A stretch of 62,600 nt of DNA, filler included, from Fonticula-like sp. SCN 57-25 (taxonomy: Eukaryota), in the NCBI GenBank assembly GCA_001724245.1. It is 12 parts of 12 records of this genome, joined end to end, with 100 filler letters (N's around TTAATTAATTAA, not from the genome) between each part and the next. Parts side by side here need not be neighbours in the genome. Positions count along the whole stretch, not along the records: positions 1 to 5,067 come from MEDX01000638.1; positions 5,168 to 10,233 come from MEDX01000639.1; positions 10,334 to 15,383 come from MEDX01000640.1; 9 more parts are not named here. One strand, written 5' to 3'. Numbering within the stretch: position 1 is the stretch's first letter; each line of letters starts with the position of its first letter. Positions 1 to 12,805 of the stretch are shown here, one piece after another. The notes under the pieces were generated by a model. The model saw only the letters and a list, made by a program, of their open reading frames with translations. It made no database searches and had not been told where the DNA came from. The position numbers and the translations under genes are program-made.

Positions 1-1546
1 ACGCACCTCTGACCAATGTGAAACTGGTTGTTGCGGCCGTTATGCCCAACATCGTGCGCCAGCGCCGCGATAAGCAGAGCAAAAATGTCTTGATAGTTTA
101 AAAATTGCGCCGCGCCGCCGACCTCGAGCTGCAGGAACAAAAACTGCGCCGCGTCGACCGCGTGGGTAAAGTTGTGGTACGGGATATCCGAATTGTACTC
201 CTTTGCAATGTTGGCCAAAAAGCTGCGCATCACGCGCTCGTCGACCTTGTACCGCTCGAGCAAGTTAAAGTGGACAAACATTGCGACGCAGAGGTCCATG
301 ATTTCCGAGCTGGCGTGCAGCACCGGGTCAAACGTCCACTCGCACAGGATGGTCAAGAGGCGCTCCCTGTGCGACACCTCGACCTCGTCGAGCAGCTGCA
401 CGATGCGGTCGGGCTCCAGCTGCATCGCCGACGTCGTCAGCGACTTGTCCTTTGAGCTGCTGTCCATCACGCTCAGCTGCGACAGCAGCCAGTCGCGCGT
501 CTGCGAGTCCATGTTGGTCGCCGAGTTGGACATGTAATAGTTGGGCAGCGTGTTGAGCGACTCAAAGGAAAGGTCCTCGAGAAGGTGAGTCACGTCGCGG
601 ATCGCGTCAATTGAGACGGTCTGGGAGGAGACAGAGTCGCGCAGGACGCGCAGCGCGTGCTGGAGCGGGCTTTCTAAAATCTACAAAAGAGCAGAAAAGG
701 CATGAGAAACAGCCTGGGAAAGGGAGCGGGGGCGTGCCTGGACACCCGACTCGCCGCCAAAAGTGGACGGCGGCGGCGGTGGGGGGCGTGACCGCGTTGG
801 GCGCATCATTGAATTCGTGTACGAATGGCTCCGGCCGCCCCTGCGTGGCACGTGTAAGACGAGATCCAAAGGGGAAAAAAAGAGGCGTACGCTTGGGCGC
901 GAGCGGCGGGCGAGGGATCCTGCGCAGCAGGGGCGTCGGTCTCCTTGGCGTCGGCCGCTTTCCTAAACTGCGACAGCTCGATCAGATTGCGGATGCGGAA
1001 GCCGACGGCGGGCAAATCCGCCGGCAATGTGATAACGTCCACGGCGCCGTAGGGGAGATCGGACAGGGCTCGCTTTGTTACAACTGTGCCAGCACGTATG
1101 AGGCCGCCGCCACTGAAGCTGACAAGTATAAATGAGAGAGCGCACCTGCGAGGACGACGTGCTTGCAGCTGCGCTTGAGCGCGATCGGCATCAAAGCGGC
1201 ATCGACAAGGACCACATCGTAAGCAGACGAATTTTCATTGTATTCCTCGGACGAAACATCGGCAAAATCAGAAACCACACAGACTATTAACCAACGGAAA
1301 ATATTTAGCTTCCATTCCCATTCGAGCGGTACTAGTGCGCACAAGTCAAGTTGGACGGGACCACGATGGTCTGAAACGTCTCGGCAATAGACTTGCTGAC
1401 CGTCACTACGAGAACGGCGCTTGTATTCTCGAGCCGATGAACTAAAGATCGCGATCGCGCGTCAGATATGGACAGATCGTCAGTGCCCGGCACGTACTGA
1501 CAGACGAGTCGCGCCGCTTGCGCATGAACTGCGCGAGGCGCTGCAT
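1..1546 (-). CDS. Class I cyclic-nucleotide phosphodiesterase with N-terminal degenerate receiver domain (RegA-like architecture); multi-exon, 3' end truncated by the window edge
   Basis: Minus-strand translation of ~1-680 (not in ORF track) gives IPYHNFTHAVD and IAALAHDVGHNGRNNQF, the PDEase_I metal-binding motifs. Upstream exons give AVLVVTV..YDVVLVD..VVLAVVT..GAVDVITLP (receiver-like). GT-AG introns; probable ATG at 1546. Confidence 0.88.
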
Positions 1547-1951
1547 GGCCGCCTGCCCCCCGCGATCTCGCTGCGTCGGGCTTTTCACACAACAAGCCTG
1601 CCGCAGGCGTGTGGCCGATCGTACCGGGAAATTTAGCACGCGTCCCCTGTTATGTGATTGTAGATCGATTGATCAACTGATCTCTCTTGTTATTGTGAGA
1701 TTGCGACCGGGAAAGAGAGATTGCCTTGGTATTTTTGGCGCAAGAATCGACGAGTATTGACTTTATATATGAGAATTACACGAGGGCAACATTCCACACG
1801 CGCATATGATGAGCAGAGAAAGAGGGTCTCAAAGATGTGAATTAAGGGGGAGAAGTATGATAGAGAAAGACGAAAACACTGCGGCTTGTAATACAATAAC
1901 ATGAACGAATGCAGGATGCTGAACGCAAAAACGATGAGAAGCGCGTCTGGC

Positions 1952-4703
1952 TTACTCGGCGCCGGTGCTCGCGGCGTCGCTCGTCACGTGCTGAATGATG
2001 GGGCGCTCCTCGCTGACCGCGCGCTTTGAGCGCGACCGCTGCAGCGACGGGAACTTTGAGCGCTTCCCCTCGCTGCCGGTGCCCGACGACGACGCGCCCG
2101 GCGGCGGCGACGGGTCCTTGGCGTCGCTCGCCTCGGCCGACCCCGCCGCGGGCTTGGCGGCAGCGCGCACTTTTCTCGACGCGGCGAGCGCCGTCGATTG
2201 GAACTCAAACTCGTCGTGGCGGTAGCGGTACAGCGCAGCGCGGTCGTCCTTGAACGAGCTCGTGTTGAGCGCGCGGTAAATGCCGAGGCGCAGCAGGATG
2301 CCGGCAAGCTCGATGGCCGCCTTGCGCGAGTACTGCGGCTGCAGCAGCAGGATGCAGTCGACAACATCCGTGCCCGAGAAACTGCCGGGGCACGAGTCAG
2401 TACAGTACGTTTATACTTCGCCCGACGCGCACCTCTTGCGGAAGGTCTTGAGGCGGCCGGTCATTGTGCGCGTCTGGCGGTCCGTCACCGGCAGCGCCTG
2501 AGTAAAGTGCGTCAAAAAGATCGTCCACGTGGCGTGGTCCTCCTTGGACAGGACATTCACCTTGGCATTGGAGCTGAGCGCGGCGACCAATGACAGGCGG
2601 CCAATGCTAAAGATAATGTCAGTTTGGGCGGAAAATGCACGGTAAGGCGTACCGAATGAGCGGCTCGGGCGCGGCGGGCGCCGGCGTGACGGACGCGCGG
2701 CGCTTTGACCCCGGCGACGACTGCGTCGGAAGGCCGAGCTTGTCTTTGCTGCTGACCGACTCAGCGGGCTCGACCGACTCTGTCGACGCGGACATTTGCC
2801 CTTCGGCCTCCTCCTTGCGGCGCAAAAAGCCAAAGAGGCCCGTCTTGCTAAACATGCCGCCGCTGCTCTTGCGGACCGCCGGCGGCGACGCGCCAATGCC
2901 GGCGTGCACGATGGGCGCGGGCGCCTCTGCAACCGACGTCGTCGACGTGGCCGCCGTCGCGGGCTGCGCGTCGGCCGCCTGCGAGTGCCTGAGCGGCGAC
3001 GCCGGCGGCGGCGACACGACCACCGCGGCGGGCTTTGTGGGCGACTGCGTGAGCGCCTCGTCGCGGCCGTCGTTCAAAAAGAGCGTGATGGCGTTCTCGA
3101 CGTCGCCGTTCGCCTGCGTGAGGAACTTGCGCAGCGTGTCCTGGTTGACAAAGTAGAGGACGTCCTGCAGGCGCTGCAGCTTGGTCTCTTCAGAGTCGGC
3201 GTTGAGGTAGCCGAGAAGGTCCAGGCCGCCCTGATCGGGCGTGATGGCGCTCACGGGCACGCCATTGTGCGGCTCGGACGCCTTGCCAAAGTCGGCGACC
3301 GACGGCGTCCACGGCGCGGCGAGCGAGATGAGCGCGCGCGGCTCCAGGTCGTCGGGGATGACCACGGCGGGAACCAATACGGGCGTCGAGCCGGCGCCAC
3401 GCGGCGAGACAGACGCGAGCGGCGGGACAGTCGAGACAGTCACGGACAGCGAGGGGCGATCCGTCGGCGACATCGGCGACGACGGCATCGAAGCAGTGTC
3501 GGGCGCGACCGCGGCGGACTCTTCGATGAGGCGGTCGCTGTCGAGCACGATGGCGTCCAAGACGGGGACGATCTGCGCGTCGGGCTCCATGGGGGCCTCA
3601 ATAGGCTCGGAGGACTCTTTCAAAACAATACCGTCGTCAGTCTCAGAGTAGATGAGGCCGGTGAGCGTCCGGTACAGCTCGCTGGACAAAGGGTCAGCAT
3701 GGAAAAGTAAGGAAAAGGAGGAAAGGAACAAAATAAAACAAAAAAAAAACAAAAAAAACCATAAAACAAAAAGGGAAATGTACCAGAAAACGTCAACGAC
3801 TGAGCGCAGTGACGGGCGGTTGTCGGGCGTGTCGTCGCAGCACTGCCCGGCGATGACAAGCAGCTGCTCGGGGCAGTCGGCCTCGGCGTGCTGGCGGATC
3901 TCGGCGGGGTCTATCCCAAAGCCGGGAATAATGCGCTTGAAAACGACCGTGCTCGGCGCCTTGCGGGCTAGCAGCTCGCACAGTACGAGGCCGTAGCTGA
4001 ACGTGTCGACGCGCTCGTCATAGTCGAGACAAAACATGATCTCGGGCGCCTCGAAAAACTCGGAGCCGCAAAAGGTGTTCATCTTGTGCGACGTGGCGCC
4101 TACTTCGCGCGCAAAGCCAAAGTCACAGAGCTTGACGCGACGGTATTGATCGAGCAGTACGTTTTCCGTCTTGACATCGCGGTGCACAATGTTCTTGTCG
4201 TGCAGGTACTGGAGCGCCGACGCCATCTGGATAGCCATCGACACGCGCTCGTGCCACGGCGGGCAGTTGCGCTTCAGATACTGGTGGAGATCACCTCCGT
4301 CTACAAACTCGGTCACAATGAAGAGCTCGCTGCCGTGCATCGCAATGCCCTGCGAAACAGCCAGTCAGCAGAGAAATACGGCCGCGCGCAACGTACAATA
4401 AACTTTAGCACGTGGGGATGCCGAACAGAGGCAAGGATACCAACCTCCCTCTTGAAATAGGCGTCGCGGTCTAGCATCATCTCCGCATGCGCGTCATTGT
4501 CTTGCGAGATCTTTTTGATGGCCACCTCGACGTTGTCATGCTGGCCACGATAGACCGAGCCGAATTGACCCTACAAGGCGCGTAAGCAACCGAAATTGAA
4601 CCCGCCGCCTCTGTGACACCCAGGCCACCAAAGCAGATCGCTGACGTACCCTTCCAAGCAATTTACCAAAACTGAGGTTCTCGTAGATCAGCAGGTGCTC
4701 CAT
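1952..4703 (-). CDS. TKL-group (TESK/LIMK-like) protein kinase with CUE-like and C-terminal DEP domains; multi-exon
   Basis: Spliced GRGQFGSV, VAIK, HRDVKTEN, DFG, CGSEFFEAPE. KLQRLQDVLYFVNQDTLRKFLTQANGDVENAITLFL is CUE-like. After the intron at ~2382-2432, KTFRKSFSGTDVVDCIL..SRKAAIELAGILLRLGIY..FKDDRAALYRY is DEP-like. Confidence 0.85.
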
Positions 4704-4982
4704 GGCGGTGACCACCACTCTGCAGCAGCCAGGGTCCAGGAAACCCACCAAACCACTTTGCGCTATTTTTGGTTATGATTGATTGATGAAAAGGAGCCAA
4801 GTGAACAAAAGAATGCCATATAAACAGAACAAAGACGATCACTCTTGAGACGATTTGTGCATGGTTCATCACTCGATGCTCTCATGAATTAATGCATTGA
4901 CGTTGCGGTACAAGAGTATGGATACAGGAAAGTACTACATGGGTGGCGAATGAAAGAAGTGGCAAGAGAACGATGAAAAGAC

Positions 4983-5067
4983 CTAGGCGGCCTTTTCGTT
5001 GGACGAGGACCGAGCCCGATATGCCTTTGCGATCAACGAGAACCAGTAGAGGTTGAGCCCGAGGTGC
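4983..5067 (-). CDS. 3' end fragment of a probable TLC-domain (TRAM/LAG1/CLN8) membrane protein
   Basis: Translates as HLGLNLYWFSLIAKAYRARSSSNEKAA*; LNLYWF.LI.K matches the last helix of TLC domains. Only 28 codons are visible. Confidence 0.5.
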
Positions 5068-5167
5068 NNNNNNNNNNNNNNNNNNNNNNNNNNNNNNNNN
5101 NNNNNNNNNNNTTAATTAATTAANNNNNNNNNNNNNNNNNNNNNNNNNNNNNNNNNNNNNNNNNNNN
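5068..5167. other. Artificial contig spacer (N44 + TTAATTAATTAA + N44), first of 11
   Basis: Identical 100-nt spacers also at 10234, 15384, 20530, 25672, 30813, 36358, 42164, 47285, 52391 and 57496. The linker carries stops in all six frames. Confidence 0.99.
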
Positions 5168-5563
5168 CGCTTGCTGCAAAGCTGCAGCAAGCCTCGCTAT
5201 TGGTGCGCTGATTGTATACTCGATCCGGATTGGTCCAGTTCGATTCAGGGTGGCGAGATGAGACACTGATGAGATGCCTCGCCGAATGGTATTACTCGAG
5301 AGAGGGTTGCCCGTGCACGAAATTGCCAACACTATAGTGGCTAAATGTTGCACTCTTATCAATTCCTGCGTCGCGAGAGTAATGTTCTGATTCATTAAAG
5401 GTGAAGACAAACGATGCACCCCAATATGATGCACAGGGCTGCATGATGAAAAACGTTTGTGATGGGTTAATATATTGCACGAGTTAAATGCGTATGACAT
5501 AAACGATATAATACAAAAATCACAACAAACAGCTCCTTGAGCCCGTCAGCACACTGCCAAAAA

Positions 5564-7518
5564 TCACCCAAGCGGCTTCGCAAACGGGGTCTCAGTCAAA
5601 AGCTCCCTGTCAGCCACAAAGTCACAGTAGTAGTAGGCACCGCTCGTGCAGGGAATCGAGCGATCCCACGGATTGTACGAGCGGTACGGGTTCGTCGTGA
5701 TTGACGACAGGCGTTGGTGAGGCAGGCACTCCTGCACCAAAGGGCAATCGGGGCCCTGTCCATTCCAGCCGTTTCCGGGGTTACCAGCAGGCGGCACCGT
5801 AACTGGCGCGAGCTCGTACTCGACAGCATAGTCCCAGGGGCGCTCCTCAATGTCCCGCCCAAGCATGAGCATGCGGTTAACAGGGTTCACGTACACGTAT
5901 TCAAGCGTGAGAGGGTGGAATAGGGCGACGCGATTCTCGAGCGAAGGGTGATTGACCAATATGACGTCTGTGAAGCCAGGACTTTCAGTCGAGACGGCCA
6001 TCAAGTGATTGACCCCGTTTTCGGCAATAACTACCATCTTCATGTCATAGCCATTTAAATAGGTATCCTCATTCCAATCCGAAAGGGTGCTCATCCTTAC
6101 GGCTGCATGTCCGTACTCGTGGCCATACGAGGTCATCTTGGTCAAAAACACGTCGGTACCAAACTCATTCACACTGCAGCGATCCACCTGCTCTTCCAGC
6201 GTGGCGTTATTGTACCCGGCAAAGAGATACGTCGCCGAGTCTCGTTCAAGAGTCGAGCAAGGTACAGTGGCATAGTTGGTTGTTGACATGCGCGAGCCAA
6301 AGTGAGCAAGCGGCTCGTACACGCCATCAACGGGGAAGGAAAACTGCACCATATTGTTCACAATGTAGTCTGTATCGTTAAAGTGCGTGCAAGAAAAAGG
6401 GTCCAGTTCCCACGTTTTATAGCAGTAGCTATAAACGTATTCTCGCGCCATTTGCGTCACCATGATGTCCATGAATGCCATGCGCTCCTCGAGGTCGGGG
6501 AGCTCGCCAGGTGCAAACATGTACTGCAACGTTTCCGAGACCGGAATCACCTCCTCGTCAAGCACTTGCAAAGCGCCATCAAGCGTCTCGAGGACAGCGT
6601 CCAGATACTGTTTGCACCCAACTCCAGCGGTCATCCCGCGTAGGCAGTGACCCAAATCCAACATTATAAGGCTGTCACCGCCTAGCAGTTCAACTGTAAA
6701 TTTCCGCCCTGCTGTCTGGCTCCTAGTTGCAAGGTCCCAGTAAGGCACCGCCTCCGGGTCGCCGTCATAAAAGTTTAGAGCAGCGTAGAGGTAGTTGACG
6801 GCGGCGTCGAGAATTTCAGACTTGGCCTTTTCCGGAGTATCATCCTCGCTGCCGGGCCGGCTCAGCGGGTAGTCCCCAATCATTACTTGTACCATAAACC
6901 CGCGCGTTTCCGAGAGCACAAAATGGGTACCAGCCCAATATCCTTCAAAAAAATTTTCGTAGGCAAACCTGACGTCCGGGTCTTTCGGATCCACACCGAT
7001 CGGCAGCTCCGCGGCTTCCCTTCGCAGAGGCTCCGCCCAGCGTTCGGGCGTGTTGTACGCTTCAGGCCGCAGATCGCCGCGACAGAGGTTAATGCGAAAA
7101 GCAGCAAAGCCATAATGGCCGCCCTTGTTGGCGAGCGCCTGCATTACCGAGTCACCCCCGGGAGCCCGGCCGATCGTGAAGCCGTCGGGCTTGGCCTTGA
7201 CGTCCTTGAACGGGTAGGTTGTCCACATGTCTTCCTCGTTCGTGTGGTACTGCGAAATCCATTCTACCTGCCCGTCCAGAGGTGTCAAGTCGACGAACCC
7301 GTCCGCGTAAGCGGATCCGTTCTCCGACACGAGCGAGGGATAGGATACGCTGTAAACCCAGTGCTTATGGTGCTCTGACCAGACTGGCCGACCCCGGCAA
7401 AATTCTCCTTGGAGCAGTCGATGTTTAAAGATAGCGGAAGGCTGGCTACCGGCAAGGCACTGGCCACCACCACCACAGAGCACAGCGTGAAAACCGCCAG
7501 CACCCAGGGGCTCCCCAT
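5564..7518 (-). CDS. Secreted protein of about 630 aa with an HExxH motif and Cys-rich C-terminus; family unknown
   Basis: Signal-peptide exon MGSPWVLAVFTLCSVVVVA (ATG 7518) joins the 639-codon ORF through a plausible 53-nt GT-AG intron. Motif GHEYGHA. Confidence 0.7.
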
Positions 7519-8019
7519 TTTCAGGCCGTTGTTAGGGCGTCGTTCGTGGTCGTACGTGGCAACGCAGCAACACATGCGGATCGCCCAATCACCACAGGGA
7601 TCTCATACGGAAAGGAATCGGTAATGCTGACTGTTGTTTACCGATCTCCTTATTTGCATGATGAAAGGCCGCGGGTTGGTCGATGGCTAAATTGCTTTGA
7701 TTTGATTGGCCGATTCTAAATTGGCCTCGTTGCGGCTTTTGGTCCAGTCGTCCGGTCGGTTCACTACGGCGCTGCACCACAATAACAAGGCCCCCGAAAG
7801 GGTACGCCACGCACACGAGACGCGCGAGCCCGCACCAACGGGCCCACGCGACCCTGTATCGCAGTATTTTCTCACCGCCTTGCTTTTGTTTGCGCGCTCG
7901 TAGGTATTCGCCGCACTTGCGCTGTACGCGTTGTAGCTGTTTCCGGGCGGGTCGATTGGGACGCCGGAAGAAGGAAAAAAAAGAAGACCGAGGCCGACCT
8001 CTCGGAAGGCGCTTGCAGT

Positions 8020-10233
8020 ATGAGCACGCTGAGCCTGGACGGCGGTTCGGTCGCCATGCTGTCCGACGCGGCGAGCGACGGGCCGCGGGCGATCAGGAGC
8101 GCATCGGTAGGCGGCTCGCTGCCGATGACGATCAAGCGCAACAACTTTAACATCACGCCGCTTAATTTGGAGCAGTCGACGAGCTGGACGCCGCCAAAGT
8201 CGCCGCATACGGTGCAGGGTGTGGAGACGCTGACGTCAATTTTGAGGTCGACGACGCTCAATGACGCGCTGGCGCACCTGAGCACGACGCAGCGGTCGGT
8301 AGCGACGCCATCGAGCAAAGGCGTGGGCGACTACATTTACCAAAAGGACTTGGGCGAAGGGACGACGGGCAAGGTGCGCCTGGCGATGCACGCGGCCACG
8401 CGGCAGCTCTACGCCATAAAGTGCGTTGAAAAGTGCGCCATCACGGGGCTGGCAAGCGCCGAGCGGTTACTGCGCGAGATCCTCTTTGTCAAGCTGCTGG
8501 ACCACCCAAACATTGCGCGGCTGTACGAGGTGATCGACACGCCAAACCAGATTTTCATGGTCCTCGAGTACGCGAGCGGCGGCGAGCTGTTTGACTATAT
8601 CGTGACGCACCAGCGCGTCAAGGAGCGCGAGGCGCGCCGCTTCTTCCGTCAAATCATTTCTGCCCTGCAATACTGCCACTCAAACATGGTTATCCACCGC
8701 GACCTCAAGCCGGAGAACCTCTTGCTAGACGAGAACCTCAACATTAAGATTATCGATTTTGGATTCGCTAATGTCACCAAGCCCGGGCGCCTCTTGGAGA
8801 CGTTTTGCGGCTCGCCCGCGTACGCCGCGCCCGAGATGATTGCGGGCCAAAAGTACGCGGGCGCCGAGGTGGACATTTGGAGCATTGGCGTCATCCTTTA
8901 CGCGCTCATCTGCGGGTACCTCCCCTTTGACGACGAGAACAACGCGCGCCTCTTCAAGCTCATCCTCGAGGCCGAGTACTCGTTCCCGGACTTTGTGTCC
9001 GAGGGCGCCAAAGACCTTATCTCGCGGCTGCTGCGCATCGACCCCAAGGACCGCCTCACACTCGAGCAGGTGCGCCAGCACTCGTGGGTGAACGAGGGGT
9101 ACCCGGCGCTCGTGCCGTTCTTCCAGTCGACCGTGACGAGCGAGGGCGCCCTCGAGGAGGACCTCGTCCAGGACATGCTCGCATTCGGGTACAGCAAGGC
9201 GGACATCCAGGCGGCGCTCGCGGCGCCCGAAAAGCACCCGCACGCTGTCGCGGCGCTGCGCCTCCTCAAGGAGCACAAGGAGCGCTCGGCGCCCGCCAAG
9301 GCGGCGCAGGCAGACCAGCAGCTCGGCGCGGCTGGCGACGACGCGCAGGCGGCCTTGCTCGGCCTCGTCGCGTCCACTTCTTCGTCGTCCATCGCGTCGA
9401 CCATGTCGGGCTCGTCGGGCGACTTTGAGCCGACCGAGCAAGGCGAGCCGTCCAGCTCAGCAGACGCCAAGACGCCGGTGCACTCGTTCCCGTCGCCGCG
9501 GTCCGTCGGCTCGCAGATTGCCAATGCTGCCGCGGCTGCGGCTGCTGCTGCTGCGGCGCGTCGCGGCGGGCGGCGGTCCAAGCGCGGGTCCGATGCGGGC
9601 TTTCAGTATGCCATGATGACGGTGGAGCAGCAGAATCGTCTCAACACGATCAGCGAGCTGGAAATGTCTGACTTTGACGCTGCTGGTGGGCGCGACATGC
9701 CGCCGGACGTGCTGCAGTATCTCAAGGCGCGCGGCCGCCGCCACTCTGAGCAGCCCTCGCTCGCCGGCCACAACTTTCCGCTGCTTCACTCGAACAATTC
9801 GCGCCGGCGCCGCGGCAACACGCACTCGCCGTACGGCTTCCCGCTTGCGGGCGACGCCGCCAAGGCGCCCTCTTCGCCGCTCCCAACGCAGGGCTCGCCG
9901 CTGCAGTTTTCATCAACGACCCTGGCGCAGGCGCCGGCGCCGTACGCGCCACTCGGGTCACCCTCGTCGGACGCGTGGGCGACATTCACGCGCGGCGCCG
10001 ATGCGTCGGCCGAGCAGGCGCAGCAGAGCTCGTTCCCGTCGCAGCCGCAGACGGCGCCCGTCACACCGTCGGGGCCGCTGAGCGGGTTGCACGCGCCGGC
10101 TGCGCAGAACGTTGCGCTGCAAGCGCAGCAGATGCCGCTTCAGCAGCAGCAGCAGATGCTCAATGTACTTTACCAGCGCCTGCAGCAGGAGCAGCAGCAG
10201 CAGATGCACACGCAGGTGCAGCAGCGCCAGCAG
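8020..10233 (+). CDS. CAMKL (SNF1/MARK-like) Ser/Thr kinase with UBA-like region and Q-rich tail; 3' truncated
   Basis: GEGTTGKV, HRDLKPEN, DFG, TFCGSPAYAAPE, EVDIWSIGVILY..GYLPFDD in a long ORF. Confidence 0.93.
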
Positions 10234-10333
10234 NNNNNNNNNNNNNNNNNNNNNNNNNNNNNNNNNNNNNNNNNNNNTTAATTAATTAANNNNNNNNNNN
10301 NNNNNNNNNNNNNNNNNNNNNNNNNNNNNNNNN

Positions 10334-12375
10334 GACTCGCTGCGAGGCGTGTGGCTCGTGCAGACCTGCAAAAAGTGCTCCTCTTCGCCGACGCTGAACG
10401 GAACGCGCAGAAGATCGGCAATGAAAACGTCCGATACGCCTTTAAATAAGCATGGTTAGCATTCCGCACTTCATTCACCAGCTGGGCTCGTACCTCCCTC
10501 GGCGACGGCCTGGAGGATGACGCTCAAGAGCTGCCCCGCCTCGTCGTCGTGCTTGCGCTGGACAGCGAGCGCCGCGTGGTAGAGCTTATTGGCCATGAGC
10601 CTGCGCACGAGCCCCGCGAGCTCGCCGATGACTACGCCTTCGTCGGCGTCCTCCATCCACGGCGCGGTGGTGCCGGCAAGCACGAGCGTGTTGAGCGCGT
10701 CCTGCGGCGACGCCATGCCCGAAAGGAGCGCGGCCTGGAAGGGGACGGCCTGCGGGTGCACCAGCGCCGAGACGGCGGCCTGTGCGTCGGCGCCGTTGTC
10801 GAGCGCCCAGTAAGCGTCGATGAGTCGCGCGTGGCCGGTCGGCACGCTCAGGCCGTCGTGCAGCCTCAGCGAGTCGAGAGAATTCTGCACCTCGTCGTAC
10901 TTTTCCAGGTCGCAGAGCATGTAGTAGAGGAGGAGCGTGCGCTGGAGCGTGTCGGGTGCCTGGGCAAAGATGTCCTCGGGGTGGTCCGGCGGGTACGACG
11001 GACGCTGCAGGCCCTCAAAGGGGATCCGGTCAAACAAAAGGTCCACAAAAAGGCGACCGCCGCGAGCTCGCCGCCTGTCCTCGGTGGCGTGCACAAAGTC
11101 GGCGCGCGTGTACAGCTCGCGTAGGCGCACAAACATCGCCTGAACATTGACCGCCTGCGAGGGCTGGTGCGACACCGCCTTGACCGGGTCCGTGCGCAGG
11201 CTGTCGGCGTGCAGCGTGAAGCGCGACAGCCGCGCACCGACGACCGCGAGGTGGGTCGCGAGCACGGCGCTCGGGAGCTGCTGAGCAACTTCGCCGACAA
11301 GCGCCGGCTCCTTGGTGACCGAAAAGGTGCGCACGTCCGACTCGTTCGTCTGCTTGTTATTGTGCGACACAACGAGCGTGGTCCCCAGCGGCGTCGAGTG
11401 GCAGCTCAGGTCGGCAAACCGCCACGCAGTCGACATGGCCGACCCGCTGTGCGCCCACTGCGACGCGAGCGAGGGGCGGCCAGACTCGACGCCGGCGTAC
11501 AGAGCGACGGTCGTGCTCCCCTGCGAGCCGAGACCGTGCGAGTGGGTGCCGCGAACAACGGCAAGACTGCCGCCGTGCACGCTGGCGGCCCGCAGAACAG
11601 CGCCGCCAAGCTTGCCGGGAGCAAGCTCCGCCAACAACGCAAACTGGTCATTTGTTACTTGGAGAATGGAGACGTAGCCATCGCCGTGGCCAACAACGAA
11701 AAAGATGCCGCGGCCATGCCCACCGTGGATAACACTCAGCGCGGTGACCGGGCCGTGCGACTGCGCGTCATACGTGACGAGGGGATCGCCCGACGAGGGA
11801 TCCGCCACAAAGCACACCTGGCCCCGCCCAGTGCCGAGCAGTAGACAGTCGTGGAAACGGGTCCCGGTAATCACCTACAGCGTGTCAGTAGTGGAATACT
11901 CTAATACAAGGGCGTACGCGCTCGGGGAACGTGAACATTGTGGTGATGCGGTCGCCGTGGAGGCGAAGCGGGTCGATTGGCGCCGTATCCTCAAAGGACG
12001 AGAGCTTGTAGTACACAACACGAGAAGCAAGCGCGCTTTTAAGCGCCATCGCCATATATACAACTCCATTCTTAAGCGTCATCGGCGCGACGTGCTCGAG
12101 CTGCACGTCCTCCTCGCTGTGCTCCAAGGCCGCGAGCTTGCCAACGTCAATCTCGGCAAGCAGCGCGCGCTGGCACGAGCGCCTCTCCCACACCATCACC
12201 TTTTCACTATTCAATGCGTTAGCCACAGCATAGCGCCGCAAAGTGGACTGCGGGCGCACTTTGAAAACGACCAGAACCACACGGGCGGGCCAGCGATGCC
12301 GCCGCCGACCACGTCGGACAGGGCTGCCGCATCCGCGCCGAGCCGGTGGCCACGAAAAAGAGCGGTTTTCAGCAT
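10334..12375 (-). CDS. ELYS/AHCTF1-like nucleoporin (beta-propeller plus ELYS domain); 3' truncated
   Basis: Motifs GGRLFVDLL, SYPP, LLYYMLCD, AYWALDN and, in the next exon, DLLRVPFSVGEEEHF fit the ELYS helical domain. Start codon approximate. Confidence 0.65.
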
Positions 12376-12805
12376 GGCAAACACCCAATTTAAGCGTGCT
12401 TAGCGTTGCGACAAAGCGCTCCCTTTCTCCTTGGCGTCGGCTGGCTCTTACAGTTGCGCGGTAGGCTTACACCAGTCACCACCAGGCAATTGAGCGCAAA
12501 AACGAAGTGCAGCGTCGGTTTGGCAGGTCTAGGTCGGTTTGGGTCGGTTTCCGGACGGGTATGATCAGACCACGTCAGAACCACGTGGACGTGACTACCA
12601 TTGAAACGGCGCCAGTCCCGGATTGAACCTGTTCAGCTCCGGGCGACGGCGATCCCGCAGCACTTGCAAGCGCCGCGTACCCTTCCGCATACATAGAGCG
12701 GGGTTACGCTAAAAAGGGACGTTTTTGTGTTTCTACTCGCTTTGTTTCGGTTTCCCTTGGTGCCAAGGGGGTCTTTTGTCTACAGTCTCTCCCTAGTCAC
12801 CCGCG

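Noticed and set aside
5068-5167. TTAATTAATTAA palindrome repeated every ~5 kb
   Set aside because: Artificial all-frame stop linker. Gene adjacency across it and ORFs containing X runs are meaningless.
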